From contig JASGJN010000007.1 of the NCBI GenBank assembly GCA_049840735.1, positions 96,001 to 160,000 of the forward strand: a stretch of DNA of 64,000 bases. Reading direction: 5' to 3'. The stretch is from Anaeromyxobacter sp. (GTDB taxonomy: Bacteria; Myxococcota; Myxococcia; Myxococcales; Anaeromyxobacteraceae). The position numbers and the translations under genes are program-made. The notes below the pieces were generated by a model. That model saw nothing but the letters and a program-made list of their open reading frames with translations. It did no database searches and had not been told where the DNA came from. This document shows, in pieces, positions 31,583 through 44,631 of the stretch. Numbering within the stretch: the first letter of the stretch is position 1; every line of letters starts with the position of its first letter.

Positions 31583-32593
31583 TCAGCGGGTCCGGAGGCA
31601 GCGCTGGAAGAACGGGGCCATCGAGCCCTCCACCCGGTCGCGGGACAGCTCGTGGCCGCCCTTGAACTCCTCGACCTCCCACCCGAGGCCCCGCTCGGTG
31701 CTCAGCTTGCGGAGGTAGCGCACCCCCTCGAGGATCCAGGGGTAGGCCTCGTCCGTGCCGACCTCGACGTGCACCGCCGCCAGCGCAGGCTTCCGCTGGG
31801 CGTAGGCGTCGAGCTTCTCCGCCCACTGGCCGAACCCCTGCTCCCAGCGGGCGATCACCGCCGCGTCGGCAGGGGAGCCGTCCCAGGTCGGGATGTCGCA
31901 GAGCGAGTCCTTGCTGGAGGGGTTGGGCGCGAAGGCGCGGCCGTAGGCCTCGTGGAACGTCCGATCCCAGATGTCGAAGGCGGACTTCATGTCGCCGGGC
32001 TGCATCACGCCCGGGCCGGTGGCGAAGGTGCAGGCGAAGCGGTCGGGGTGGCGCAGCGAGAGGTTGAGCGCGCCGAAGCCGCCCATGGAGTAGCCGGCCA
32101 GCCCGCGGGCCTCGCGCCGCGCCACCGTCCGGTAGGTCCGGTCGATGACGCCCACCGCGTCGCGCACCACCCAGGACTCCCAGTCGCCGTCGATGGGCCC
32201 CTTGACGAAGAAGGAGCCGCCCATGGGCGAGACGCCGTCCACGCCGACCAGGATGAACTCGCTGCCAGGGCGCGCCGAGAAGGCGGCCCCGAGGGCCCCC
32301 TCCCAGCCGGTCACCATCGAGGGCGAGCCGGAGTAGCCGTGGAGGAAGTAGACCACCGGGTAGCGGCGGGAGGGGCTGCGCGCGTAGGAGGGCGGCAGGA
32401 GCACGAACAGCGCCACGTTCCCCTGCTTCTCCAGGGCGCCGGCCAGCGCCGGGGAACCCACGTGCATCACCTTCATGGTCCCCAGCTTCTCGCGCTCCAG
32501 GATGCGCGCGGCGGGCGGGGCGGCGGCGAGCGCCGGGAGGGCGAGGGCGGCGCAGAGGAAGGCGGCGGCGAGGGCGGTCGGGCGAAGGGGCAC
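31583..32593 (-). CDS. Secreted alpha/beta-hydrolase (esterase, CE1-like)
   Basis: Signal peptide; LPPSY..RYPVVYFLHG; nucleophile elbow GYSMGG; GGH near the C-terminus. Confidence 0.85.
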   Translation of the reverse strand: MPLRPTALAAAFLCAALALPALAAAPPAARILEREKLGTMKVMHVGSPALAGALEKQGNVALFVLLPPSYARSPSRRYPVVYFLHGYSGSPSMVTGWEGALGAAFSARPGSEFILVGVDGVSPMGGSFFVKGPIDGDWESWVVRDAVGVIDRTYRTVARREARGLAGYSMGGFGALNLSLRHPDRFACTFATGPGVMQPGDMKSAFDIWDRTFHEAYGRAFAPNPSSKDSLCDIPTWDGSPADAAVIARWEQGFGQWAEKLDAYAQRKPALAAVHVEVGTDEAYPWILEGVRYLRKLSTERGLGWEVEEFKGGHELSRDRVEGSMAPFFQRCLRTR

Positions 32594-32704
32594 GGGCGGG
32601 CTCCGGGGAGGCCCGCCCCCGGACGCCGGGGGCGGGTCCCTCAAGGACGGGGCAGCCCCCGGTTCGTGACCGGGGGCCGCTTCACCCGCAGCGTATGCCT
32701 GCGC

Positions 32705-36036
<3,332 letters not shown>

Positions 36037-36303
36037 CGGTGATCCTCCGTTGGGCGCGGCGCACGGTCGCGGTGCGCTCCGGAGGAAGTTGTTGGCGCTG
36101 CCCGTCGTTCACCACATTTCCTTGGATTCCGCGGAGTTAACGTGTCTGGTCGAGGTCGCTGGCGGGGCGTGAAGCTGTAAAGGTTGAAAATGTCCTAACG
36201 CGTCACCATGTTGCGCAGCGTCCGTGGCACGGTTTGTCGCATGGGCCCCACCGGAGTTCACCCGGTCCGGCCACTCCGTGTCCCCCGCAGCGGGAGGTGG
36301 CGC

Positions 36304-37735
36304 GTGCAGGACTACCCTGCCCAGCTCGGCGGCAAGGTCCGGGCCGTCCGCCGCCAGCGCAGCCTGACCCAGGCGCAGCTGGCGGAGCGGCTCGGCATCT
36401 CGGCCAGCTACCTCAACCTCATCGAGCACAACCGGCGCACGCTCTCGGCGCCGCTGCTCATCAAGCTGGCCGAGGTGCTCGACCTCGACCTCAAGGCGCT
36501 CTCCAGCGAGGGCCACCAGCGGGTGGTGGCCGACCTGATGGAGGTCTTCGGGGATCCGCTCTTCGACGGCCACGACGTCACCACCGCCGAGGTCCGCGAG
36601 CTGGCGGCCGCCTCTCCCACGGCGGCGCGCGCCATCCTGGCGCTCTACCGCGGCTACCGCACCGCGCGCGAGGCCTCCGACACGCTGGCGGCCACGCTCT
36701 CCGACGGCGACCTGGAGGCGGTGGCCTCCTCGCACCTGCCGACCGAGGAGGTCTCCGACCTCATCCAGCGCGAGCACAACTACTTCCCGGCGCTCGAGGC
36801 CGGCGCGGAGGCGCTCTGGCGCGACGCGCGGCTCGACCCGGAGTACCTCTACACCTCGCTGGTCCGGCTGCTGACCTCGCTGGGCGTGCAGGTCCGGATC
36901 CTGCGGACCGCCGAGATGGGCGGCGCGGTCCGGCGCTTCGACGCGGCCACCCGCACGCTGGCGCTCTCCGAGGTGCTGCGGCGGGGCAGCCGCAACTTCC
37001 AGCTGGCCTACCAGGTGGGCCTGCTCACCCAGGCGCCGGTGCTGGACCGCGCCGCGGGCGATCCGCTGCTCACCAGCGAGGCCTCCCGCGGGCTGGCGAG
37101 GGTGGCGCTGGCCAACTACTTCGCGGCCGCGGTGCTGATGCCGTACGAGCCGTTCCTGCAGGCGGCCCGCACCGAGCGCTACGACATCGAGCTGCTGGGG
37201 CACCGCTTCCGCACCAGCTTCGAGCAGACCTGCCACCGGCTCACCACGCTCCGGCGGCCGGGGCGGAGGGCGTGCCCTTCCACATGGTCCGCGTGGACAT
37301 CGCCGGGAACATCTCCAAGCGGTTCAGCGCCACCGGGCTGCGCTTCGCCCGCTTCTCCGGCGCCTGCCCGCGCTGGAGCGTGTTCGAGGCCTTCACCACG
37401 CCGGGGCTGGTGCGCACCCAGCTCTCGCGCAGATGCCGACCGGCGCGCGCTACTTCTGGATGGCGCGCACGGTGAGCCGCGAGGGCGGCGGGTTCCACGC
37501 GCCGCGCTCGGTGGTGGCCATCGCCATGGGGTGCGAGGCGGCCCGCGCCCGCGAGCTGGTCTACGCCGACGGCGTCAGCATGGACGGCGACGAGGCGGTG
37601 GTGCCGGTGGGGATCGCCTGCCGGCTCTGCGAGCGCGCCGACTGCGAGCAGCGCGCCTTCCCGCAGCTGCAGCACCCGCTGCGCGTCAACGCGAACGTGC
37701 GCGGGGTGTCGTTCTACGCGCCGCCGGGGGAGTGA
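36304..37735 (+). CDS. RamB/PrpR-like short-chain fatty acyl-CoA regulator (XRE HTH + DUF955 + DUF2083); frameshifts at ~37261 and ~37430
   Basis: LTQAQLAERLGISASYLNLIEHNRR; LANYFAAAVLMPY; SFEQTCHRLTTL; RVDIAGNISKR; GACPRW; CRLCERADCEQRAFP. Divergent from the glyoxylate-shunt gene. Confidence 0.88.
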
Positions 37736-37751
37736 CGAAGGGGTGGCGCTG

Positions 37752-37860
37752 CCCTTCGACTCCGCCGCGGATCGCCGCGGCTACGCTCAGGGCGAACGGT
37801 CGCTCGAATCCGTTCGGGCTGAGCGTAGCGGGCCCGCAGGGCCCGCGAGAGTCGAAGCCC
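37752..37860. repeat. Inverted doublet of the REP-like element
   Basis: CCCTTCGACTCC[hairpin]TACGCTCAGGGCGAACGG followed by the inverted copy CCGTTCGGGCTGAGCGTA[hairpin]GAGAGTCGAAGCCC. Confidence 0.88.
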
Positions 37861-37874
37861 AGGCGCCAGCCGAC

Positions 37875-38309
37875 CTAAACGTCGCTGGTGCAGGCGCGGC
37901 ACCTGCGCGCCGCCTGCGGGATGGTCTCCAGGCACGCCGGGCAGACCTTGGTGGGCGCCCCGGGCGGCGGGGGCCGCACGAAGGCCTTGAGCACCAGGAA
38001 GACCACCGAGGCGATGATCACGAAGTCGACAATCCGTCCCAGCAGGTCGCCGTACTTGATGCTCTGGCCGCCGGCCAGCTCCAGCACCGACTCACGCCAC
38101 TCGGTCCCGCCGGGCAGGAGCATGCCGACGATGGGCATGATCACGTCGTCCACCACGCCGCTCACCACCTTGCCGACGGCGCCGCCGATGATGACGCCGG
38201 CCGCCAGGGCGACCACGTTCTGCTTCAGGAGGAACTCGCGGAACTCGTGGCCGAAGGACCGCATCGCTCCCGAGGCCTTTCCCATGGCCGCGCCAGGGTT
38301 CAGCTCCAT
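37875..38309 (-). CDS. mscL: Large-conductance mechanosensitive channel with C-terminal Cys4 tail
   Basis: EFREFLLKQNVVALAAGVIIGGA..VDDVIMP; IKYGDLL..DFVII; CPACL..CRACT tail. Confidence 0.9.
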   Translation of the reverse strand: MELNPGAAMGKASGAMRSFGHEFREFLLKQNVVALAAGVIIGGAVGKVVSGVVDDVIMPIVGMLLPGGTEWRESVLELAGGQSIKYGDLLGRIVDFVIIASVVFLVLKAFVRPPPPGAPTKVCPACLETIPQAARRCRACTSDV

Positions 38310-38467
38310 CTCGCAACTCCCCTCCGGGAGAGCCGTCTCCCGCGCCCCGTCATCCTGACGGGCCCGTCCGGCGTATCAGGCCGGGCCAGGCGCGCCAAGA
38401 AGGGAAGGGCTCCCTGGAGGGTGCTGCAAGGTGTCTGGGCGCGTGGCCCGGAGCGCGTTCACGTGCC

Positions 38468-39832
38468 TCAGCCGGCGATGCCGAGCCGGTCGGTCTCCAG
38501 CCGCGCCGGGCGCGAGGACCGTGCCGACCGGAGCAGCTCTCCGTCGCTGGCCCGCCGGCGCAGGAACGCGTACCGGTCCAGCTCCAGCGCCGCGGCCAGC
38601 GACTCGGCCAGGCGCTCCAGCCAGCGCGCCCGGGCGGCGGCCTGGCCAGCCTCCAGCCGCGTGGACTGCTCCGCCTCGCGCTCCAGCGTCCGCAGCCGGC
38701 GCTCGGCCTCGCGCTCCTCCGCCTCCAGCGCAGCCACCGTGGCCTGCGCGCGGGCCAGCGCCTCGCCGCGCCGGGCCCGCTCGGCGGCGTCGCGCGCCTG
38801 CTCGCGGTCCCAGGCCAGCGCCGCGCCCAGCGCCTCCTCGCGCCGGGCCCAGAGCCAGGCGGCGCGGCGCAGCAGCAGCACCGCCGCGATGGGCAGGGCC
38901 GCCACCCAGACCAGCTCGGCGGCGGGCGCGGCGGAGAGCGAGGCCGCCGCCACCGCCAGCGCGGCGGCGCCGCCGCCGGCCGCCGTGAGCGCCACCAGCG
39001 CCCGCCGGCGCTCGCCGGCCGCGGCCAGCAGCTGGACCCAGCGCTCGGCGCCGGCCGCCACCAGCGCGAACAGGGCCACCGCCCCGCCCAGCGCGAAGGC
39101 CAGGCCGGCGCCGCCCGCGAGCGGCGCGGAGGCCAGCGCGGCCGGGAGGTCGGGGGGCGCGCCGGCGGCGCGCAGCGCCGGCCCGGACAGCCGCAGCGTC
39201 TCGGAGGCGAGCAGGGCGCCCGCCAGCGCCCGCAGCCCCAGCGGCAGCCAGGGCAGCGGGACCGGGGGGCGGCCGCGCTGCTCGGGCGTGGCGGCCAGCG
39301 CCTCGGGATCGACCGGCAGCGCGCCGCGGACCAGGTCGTCGGCCACCGCGCGCGTCAGCGCCTCGGCGTGGGCGCGGGCGTGCAGGAGCCGGTCCGAGGC
39401 CGCGATCAGCGCCGCCGCCGCGGCGGCGCGCGCCGGCGGCTCGGGCGCGGGCGGCGGGGGCGCGGGCGTGCCGCCGGCGCCCCGCGGGGCGGCGCGCGGG
39501 GCGGGGTGGCGCGAGCGGACCACCACCTCGCCGTCCTGGACGTCCAGGTCCACCGGCAGCACCTCCAGCGCCACCGGCAGCCGGGTCGCGTAGCGGGCGA
39601 GGCGATACCGGAGGAAGTCGTCCAGCCGCACGCCGGAGCGGACGGCCAGCCGCGCCGAGAGCTCGGCCTCGAGCCGCGACCGGACCAGCGGCCGCCGGGG
39701 CTCCGCCTCGTCCCTGGCGAGGGCTCGCCGCGCCGCCCGCGCCTGCCAGCCCTCCGTCACGCGCTGGAGCAGCCGCTGCACCGGGCCCCCCGTCGCCACC
39801 GCCGTCCCGAACAGGCCGCCGCTTCCGGACAT
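38468..39832 (-). CDS. Hypothetical multi-TM / coiled-coil protein (paralog of 44632-46050)
   Basis: 454 aa from ATG 39832; motifs shared with the paralog (GVxLDDxLRxRLARY, EQxGRPP, ALAWDR, SLxAALELDRYxF). Confidence 0.75.
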   Translation of the reverse strand: MSGSGGLFGTAVATGGPVQRLLQRVTEGWQARAARRALARDEAEPRRPLVRSRLEAELSARLAVRSGVRLDDFLRYRLARYATRLPVALEVLPVDLDVQDGEVVVRSRHPAPRAAPRGAGGTPAPPPPAPEPPARAAAAAALIAASDRLLHARAHAEALTRAVADDLVRGALPVDPEALAATPEQRGRPPVPLPWLPLGLRALAGALLASETLRLSGPALRAAGAPPDLPAALASAPLAGGAGLAFALGGAVALFALVAAGAERWVQLLAAAGERRRALVALTAAGGGAAALAVAAASLSAAPAAELVWVAALPIAAVLLLRRAAWLWARREEALGAALAWDREQARDAAERARRGEALARAQATVAALEAEEREAERRLRTLEREAEQSTRLEAGQAAARARWLERLAESLAAALELDRYAFLRRRASDGELLRSARSSRPARLETDRLGIAG

Positions 39833-40009
39833 CGCTCGTGCCTCTCTTCCCCGTTGCCCCAGCGCGAAGCTAGGGAGGCAGGCGGGTGAGGGCCAAGGGC
39901 ACCGGCGGGGCAGCGGGTCCAACGGGGGAGTGCCTGGGGACGGGTCCGGTCGCAGGTCAGGCGACCGAGGGATACCGTATCCCACCTGGCGACGGTTACG
40001 TTCCCGGAG

Positions 40010-40393
40010 GTGGGACGAGCGCCCCGCATCCTGGTCGTGGACGACAACGAGGTCCTGCGCACGCTGGTCGCGCAGGCGCTCGAGGGGGAAGGGTACGTCG
40101 CCATCGCCGCCGACAGCGGCGAGGCCGCGCTGGACGTGGCCAGCTTCGACCCTCCGGACCTGTGCGTGGTGGATCAGGTCATGCCCGGCATGAGCGGCGC
40201 GGAGCTGATCCGGGCGCTCCGGTCGTCGCAGGACGAGCGGCTGCGCAGGATCCCCGCCATCGGGCTCACCGGGTACACCGGCGCGGAGCGCGAGCTGATC
40301 GCGGCCGGGGCCTGCTCGGCCATGCCCAAGCCGGTCTGCTACGGCACGCTCTTCGAGCGGGTGCGGACGGTCCTGGGCGAGCAGCTGCATTGA
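40010..40393 (+). CDS. Single-domain response regulator (CheY-like)
   Basis: ILVVDD, DQVMPGMSG, GLTG, KP. Confidence 0.88.
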   Translation: MGRAPRILVVDDNEVLRTLVAQALEGEGYVAIAADSGEAALDVASFDPPDLCVVDQVMPGMSGAELIRALRSSQDERLRRIPAIGLTGYTGAERELIAAGACSAMPKPVCYGTLFERVRTVLGEQLH

Positions 40394-40422
40394 GCGGGGT
40401 TCACGGCCCCGCTCATGACCAG

Positions 40423-40496
40423 CCGTTCGGCCTGAGCCCTTCGACTCCACGCCCGCCGAGCGGGCGCTACGCTCAGGGCGGGCGGAGTCGAAGGCC
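40423..40496. repeat. Nested REP-like element
   Basis: A forward unit CCCTTCGACTCC..TACGCTCAGGGCG sits inside an inverted unit CCGTTCGGCCTGAGC...GCGGAGTCGAAGGCC. Confidence 0.82.
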
Positions 40497-40512
40497 AGGG
40501 ACAAGGCGGACC

Positions 40513-41704
40513 TCACCCCCGCGCGTAGCTCTCCATCGCCGCCGACACCGCCGCGCCGGGGCGGACCGTCCGCCCCTGCCTGGCCAGCGCCTGCTCCAGC
40601 GCGCCCAGCACCGCCAGCACGTGCTCCTGGCGCGCCGACTCGCCCATCAGCCCGATGCGCCAGACCTTCCCCGAAAGCGGCCCCAGGCCGCCGCCGATCT
40701 CGATCCCGTGCTCGGCCAGCAGCACCTTGCGCGCGGCGGCCTCGTCCACGCCCTCCGGCACCCGGATGCAGCTGAGCGTGGGGAGCCGGTGCCCCTCCTG
40801 CGCCTGAGGGGAGCAGCCCAGCGCGGCGGCGCCGGCCATCAGCGCCGCCGCGTGGCGGCGGTGGCGCGCGTAGCGGGCCGGGAGCCCCTCCTCCAGGACG
40901 ATCCGCAGCGCCTCGCGGAGGGCGTAGACCATCGAGATGGGCGCGGTGTGGTGGTACACGCGCTTCCCCTCCGCCCAGTAGTCCGCCACCATGCCCGCGT
41001 CGAGGTACCAGCTCTGCACCTTGGTCTTGCGCGCCCGCACCGCCTCCAGCGCGCGGGGCGAGAGCGTCAGCGGCGCCAGCCCGGGCGGGCAGGAGAGGCA
41101 CTTCTGGGTCCCGGAGTAGCAGGCGTCGATCTCCCAGGCGTCCACCTCGACCGGCACGCCGCCCAGGGACGTGACCGCGTCCACCACCAGCAGCGCGCCG
41201 TGCGCATGGCAGAGCCGCCCCAGCCCCTCCAGCGGCTGGTGCGCGCCCGTGGAGGTCTCGGCCTGCACGATGGCCACCGCCTTGACCGGCTTCTCCGACT
41301 GGAGCACGGCCTCGATCCGGGCCAGGTCGCAGACCTCGCCCCAGGGGACGTCCAGCTTCACGAGCCGCCCGCCGGCGCGCCCCACGATGTCCGCCATGCG
41401 GTTGCCGAAGACGCCTGCGGCCACCACCACCACCGCGTCGCCCGGCTCGATGAGGTTGACCAGCGCCGCCTCCATGCCGGCCGAGCCGGTGCCGGAGAAC
41501 CGCGATGGTGAAGGGGTTCTGGGTGCCCATCACCTCCCGCAGCATGGCCTGGACCTCGTTCATGATGACGAGGAACGCGGGGTCGAGGTGGCCGAGCAGC
41601 GGCGTGGACATGGCCCGCAGCACGCGCGGATGGACCAGGCTGGGGCCTGGGCCGAGGAGCAGGCGGGCAGGGGGCGCGAGCTCGGACACGGTGGAGGCGG
41701 TCAT
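40513..41704 (-). CDS. Alanine-glyoxylate / serine-pyruvate aminotransferase (class V PLP; apparent +1 frameshift at ~41498)
   Basis: RLLLGPGPS, GHLDP, SGTGSAGMEAA, ETSTG, VDAVTSLGG, YSGTQKCLSCPPGL, YHHTAP, WRIGLMG. Confidence 0.9.
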
Positions 41705-41999
41705 GTGTGGCTCCGGGGCGAGGGGTCTGCAGGCCAGGCGCGGCACGATGATCTATTGGGCTCGACGCACGGCGTCCAACGCAGCGCGCGGCTCGCGCGG
41801 GGCCCGGCGCCCGGGCGATGACGGTGCGTGAAGGGTCGGGGCAGGCTCCAGCCGCAGGCTTCAGGCCAGGTGCAAGCTCGGCGCCGCCCGTCTGAATGCC
41901 CTGCCCCCCGGGCCCGTCCGGAAGGAGGACCCCGCCGGCCTTGACCCCCCGGCGCCACCCCTGAGAACCTCTCAGCACCCCGACCGCGGAGGAGTCCCG

Positions 42000-43808
42000 A
42001 TGACCCGCCTCACCCCCGTCCTGCTGGCGCTCGCGTCCCTGCTGGCCTCGCCCGCGTCGGCCCAGCAGCGCCCGGCGCCGGAGCCCTCGCGCGGACTCCT
42101 GGCCTGGTACCCGCTCGCCGGCACCGCGGTGGACGCGCTCTCGGGCGCCCCGGCCCGCGGCGTGGGGCTGCGCGCGGTGGAGGGGCCGCAGGGGCAGGGC
42201 AGCGGCGCGCTCTGGTTCGACGGCGTCCGCAGCTTCGCCGACCTGGGCGACCGGCTGCAGCCGGGCCGCTTCACCGTCTCCGCCTGGATCCGGCCGGAGC
42301 GGGTGGAGACGCCGCAGGTGGTGGTCTCGAAGATCCGCAACCTCCCGGGCCACTACCAGCGCAACCTGGAGCTGCGGGTGGAGCCGGGCGGCAGGCTCTT
42401 CCTGCAGGCGCCGGGCGGCGCCGCCTGGGACGGCGTCACCGGCCAGCGCGCCGTCTCCCCGGGCCGCTGGACGCACGTGGCGGCCACCTACGACGGCGCG
42501 CGGGCGCAGCTCTGGGTGGACGGGGAGCCTGACGGCCCGCCGCTGGAGGTGGCCTACGCCCAGACCCGCACGCCCATCTTCGTCGGCGCGCGCCCGGAGA
42601 GCGGCGGCCGCGACGGGCGGACCGTGGCCGGCCCGGCCTTCTTCTTCCAGGGGGCCATCGCCGACGTGCGGCTCTGGGACCGCGCGCTGGGCGCGCCGGA
42701 GCTGCGCGAGGCGGCGGGGCGGAGCGCGCCGCGCCCGCCGGTGCCCGAGCCCGGCCCGGCGCAGGGGCTGGCGCAGCCCGTGGCGCGCCTGCCGCTCGAC
42801 GGCGACGCCCGCGACGCCACCGGCCAGGCCGACGGACGGGTGGTGGGCCCGCTGCGCGTGGCGGAGGACCGGCAGGGCAACCCCGGCGGCGCGCTGGCCT
42901 TCCCCGGGCGCGACGGCTGGGTGGACCTGGGCGTGCGGGTGGAGCCGGAGCGGCTCTCCATCTCGGCGTGGGTGCGCCTCTCGCGGCTGGACGACGACCA
43001 GGTGATCTTCTCCAAGTGGTCGAGCCCGCCGGGCAGCTCCGGCGACCGCTGGCTGGAGCTGCGCGTGGACCGCGGCGGCCGGGTGGTCTTCGCGCTGCCG
43101 AGCGGCACGCTCTCGCGGGCGCAGCAGGTGCGCAGCGGCCGCCCCATCGCGCAGGGGCGCTGGACGCACCTGGCCGCGGTCTACGACGGCGCGCAGGCGA
43201 CGCTCTACGTGAACGGCGCGATCGAGGGGCAGGCGCGGCTGGAGCCGTTCGAGGCCGCGCGCGGCCCGGCCTTCCTGGGCGGCCGGCCGGACCAGCGCGG
43301 GCAGGGCGTCCGCCCCTGGACCTCGCTCACCGGGCGCCTCGACGAGGTGCTGCTCTTCCGCGGCGCGCTGCGCCCGCAGGACGTGGCCGCGCTGGCCAGC
43401 GGCGCGCCCTTCCCGCCGCCGGCCCCGCCGCCCGGGCCGGGCCAGGACGACGACGTGGCGGCCTTCCTGCTCACCGTGGATCGCTTCGTGGCGCGCTACG
43501 ACCAGGCGGTCATCCAGCGCAAGGCCGGCGAGGTGCAGGAGCTGGAGGGGCGCATCCTGAAGGCGCTGGAGGAGGCCGAGCGCGACGCGCGGGCCGACCG
43601 CAACCTGCGCGTGGCCGGGTACGTGCGGCGGGCCGCGGCCGACCTGCGCGAGGCGAAGGGCGAGCTCGACGCCATGTCGCTCGACCGCAAGCGCTCGGCG
43701 CTGCACGGGCTGTCCGAGGCGCTCTGGAACGACCTGGTGGAGGACGTGGACGGCCTCCCCTTCGAGGACCCGCGGGTGCACGGCCGCAGCCGCGGGCGCT
43801 GGTACTGA
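42000..43808 (+). CDS. Secreted protein with two LamG/ConA-like domains and a C-terminal helical domain
   Basis: GGAGGAG SD; signal peptide; two copies of SAW..GRWTH.AA.YDG..L.VxG; helical charged C-terminus. Confidence 0.85.
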   Translation: MTRLTPVLLALASLLASPASAQQRPAPEPSRGLLAWYPLAGTAVDALSGAPARGVGLRAVEGPQGQGSGALWFDGVRSFADLGDRLQPGRFTVSAWIRPERVETPQVVVSKIRNLPGHYQRNLELRVEPGGRLFLQAPGGAAWDGVTGQRAVSPGRWTHVAATYDGARAQLWVDGEPDGPPLEVAYAQTRTPIFVGARPESGGRDGRTVAGPAFFFQGAIADVRLWDRALGAPELREAAGRSAPRPPVPEPGPAQGLAQPVARLPLDGDARDATGQADGRVVGPLRVAEDRQGNPGGALAFPGRDGWVDLGVRVEPERLSISAWVRLSRLDDDQVIFSKWSSPPGSSGDRWLELRVDRGGRVVFALPSGTLSRAQQVRSGRPIAQGRWTHLAAVYDGAQATLYVNGAIEGQARLEPFEAARGPAFLGGRPDQRGQGVRPWTSLTGRLDEVLLFRGALRPQDVAALASGAPFPPPAPPPGPGQDDDVAAFLLTVDRFVARYDQAVIQRKAGEVQELEGRILKALEEAERDARADRNLRVAGYVRRAAADLREAKGELDAMSLDRKRSALHGLSEALWNDLVEDVDGLPFEDPRVHGRSRGRWY

Positions 43809-43810
43809 GG

Positions 43811-44575
43811 CTACCCTCGCGTCCCCGGCGTCCCGGCGCCGGGGGCGCACCCCGATAGCCACAGCGCCACCTGCCCCAGCGCGCAGGGGACGGCCGCGTC
43901 CACCCGCAGCACGCGCGGGCCCAGCGAGAAGGGCAGGAAGCCCAGCTCCTCCAGCCGCCCCGCCTCGTAGGCGGTGAAGCCGCCCTCCGGCCCGATGGCC
44001 ACCGTGGCCTCGGCGCCGCTGGCCGGGAGGTCCTGCAGCGGCCGCGCGCCCACCGGGTGGGCCAGGAGCCGCACCGGCGCGGGCAGGAGGGTGGTGAGCT
44101 CGTCCTCCACCAGCGGCTTGAAGAGCCGCCGGACCTCCACCGAGGGCAGGAGGGTGTCCCGCCCCTGCTCCAGCCCCAGCACCAGCTCGGCGCGCAGCGC
44201 CGCCGGCTCGAGGAAGGGCGAGGCGAAGTAGGCCTTCTCCACCCGCCAGCTGCCGCAGAGCACGATCCGCTTCACGCCCATCGAGGCCACGGCCTGGAGG
44301 ACGCGGCGGAGGATCTTGGGGCGGGGCAGGGCCAGCAGGAGCGAGAGCGGGGAGGGCGGGGGCGGCGGCTCGGTCAGCCGCGCCGCCAGCACCACCTCTT
44401 CCGGCCCGGCGGAGAGCAGCTCGGCGGTGCCCATGGCCCCGCCCACCACGCCGGCGCGCAGCGTGTCGCCGGCGGCGGCGCGCAGGACCTCGTGCACGTG
44501 GCGGGCGCGCCGGCCGCCCAGCCGGGCGGTGCCGTCGGCCGCGAGCTCGCCGGGCTCGAGCAGGAGCAGGTTCAC
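43811..44575 (-). CDS. rsmE: 16S rRNA m3U1498 methyltransferase
   Basis: HVHEVLR, LPRPK, GLEQG, IGPEGGF, LGPRVLRVDAA. Confidence 0.9.
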   Translation of the reverse strand: MNLLLLEPGELAADGTARLGGRRARHVHEVLRAAAGDTLRAGVVGGAMGTAELLSAGPEEVVLAARLTEPPPPPSPLSLLLALPRPKILRRVLQAVASMGVKRIVLCGSWRVEKAYFASPFLEPAALRAELVLGLEQGRDTLLPSVEVRRLFKPLVEDELTTLLPAPVRLLAHPVGARPLQDLPASGAEATVAIGPEGGFTAYEAGRLEELGFLPFSLGPRVLRVDAAVPCALGQVALWLSGCAPGAGTPGTRG

Positions 44576-44631
44576 GGCGCGGGAGGGTGGCGAAGGCGCG
44601 GAGCCAAGTCAACCCGCCCTGCGCACCCCGC

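Noticed and set aside
36170..36242. Sigma-54 promoter (TGGCACGGTTTGTCGC) and RamB-type site (TGTAAAGGTTGAAAA)
   Set aside because: GG-GC spacing is one base too long and the putative operator is not a clear palindrome; not supportable without data.
37875..37960. Cys4 tail on MscL as a novelty
   Set aside because: C-terminal CxxC..CxxC tails are common among MscL homologs.
38468..41746. 1092-aa ORF joining an aminotransferase N-terminus to the membrane protein
   Set aside because: Produced by the frameshift at ~41498 and stop-poor GC-rich sequence; it overlaps a real response regulator on the other strand.
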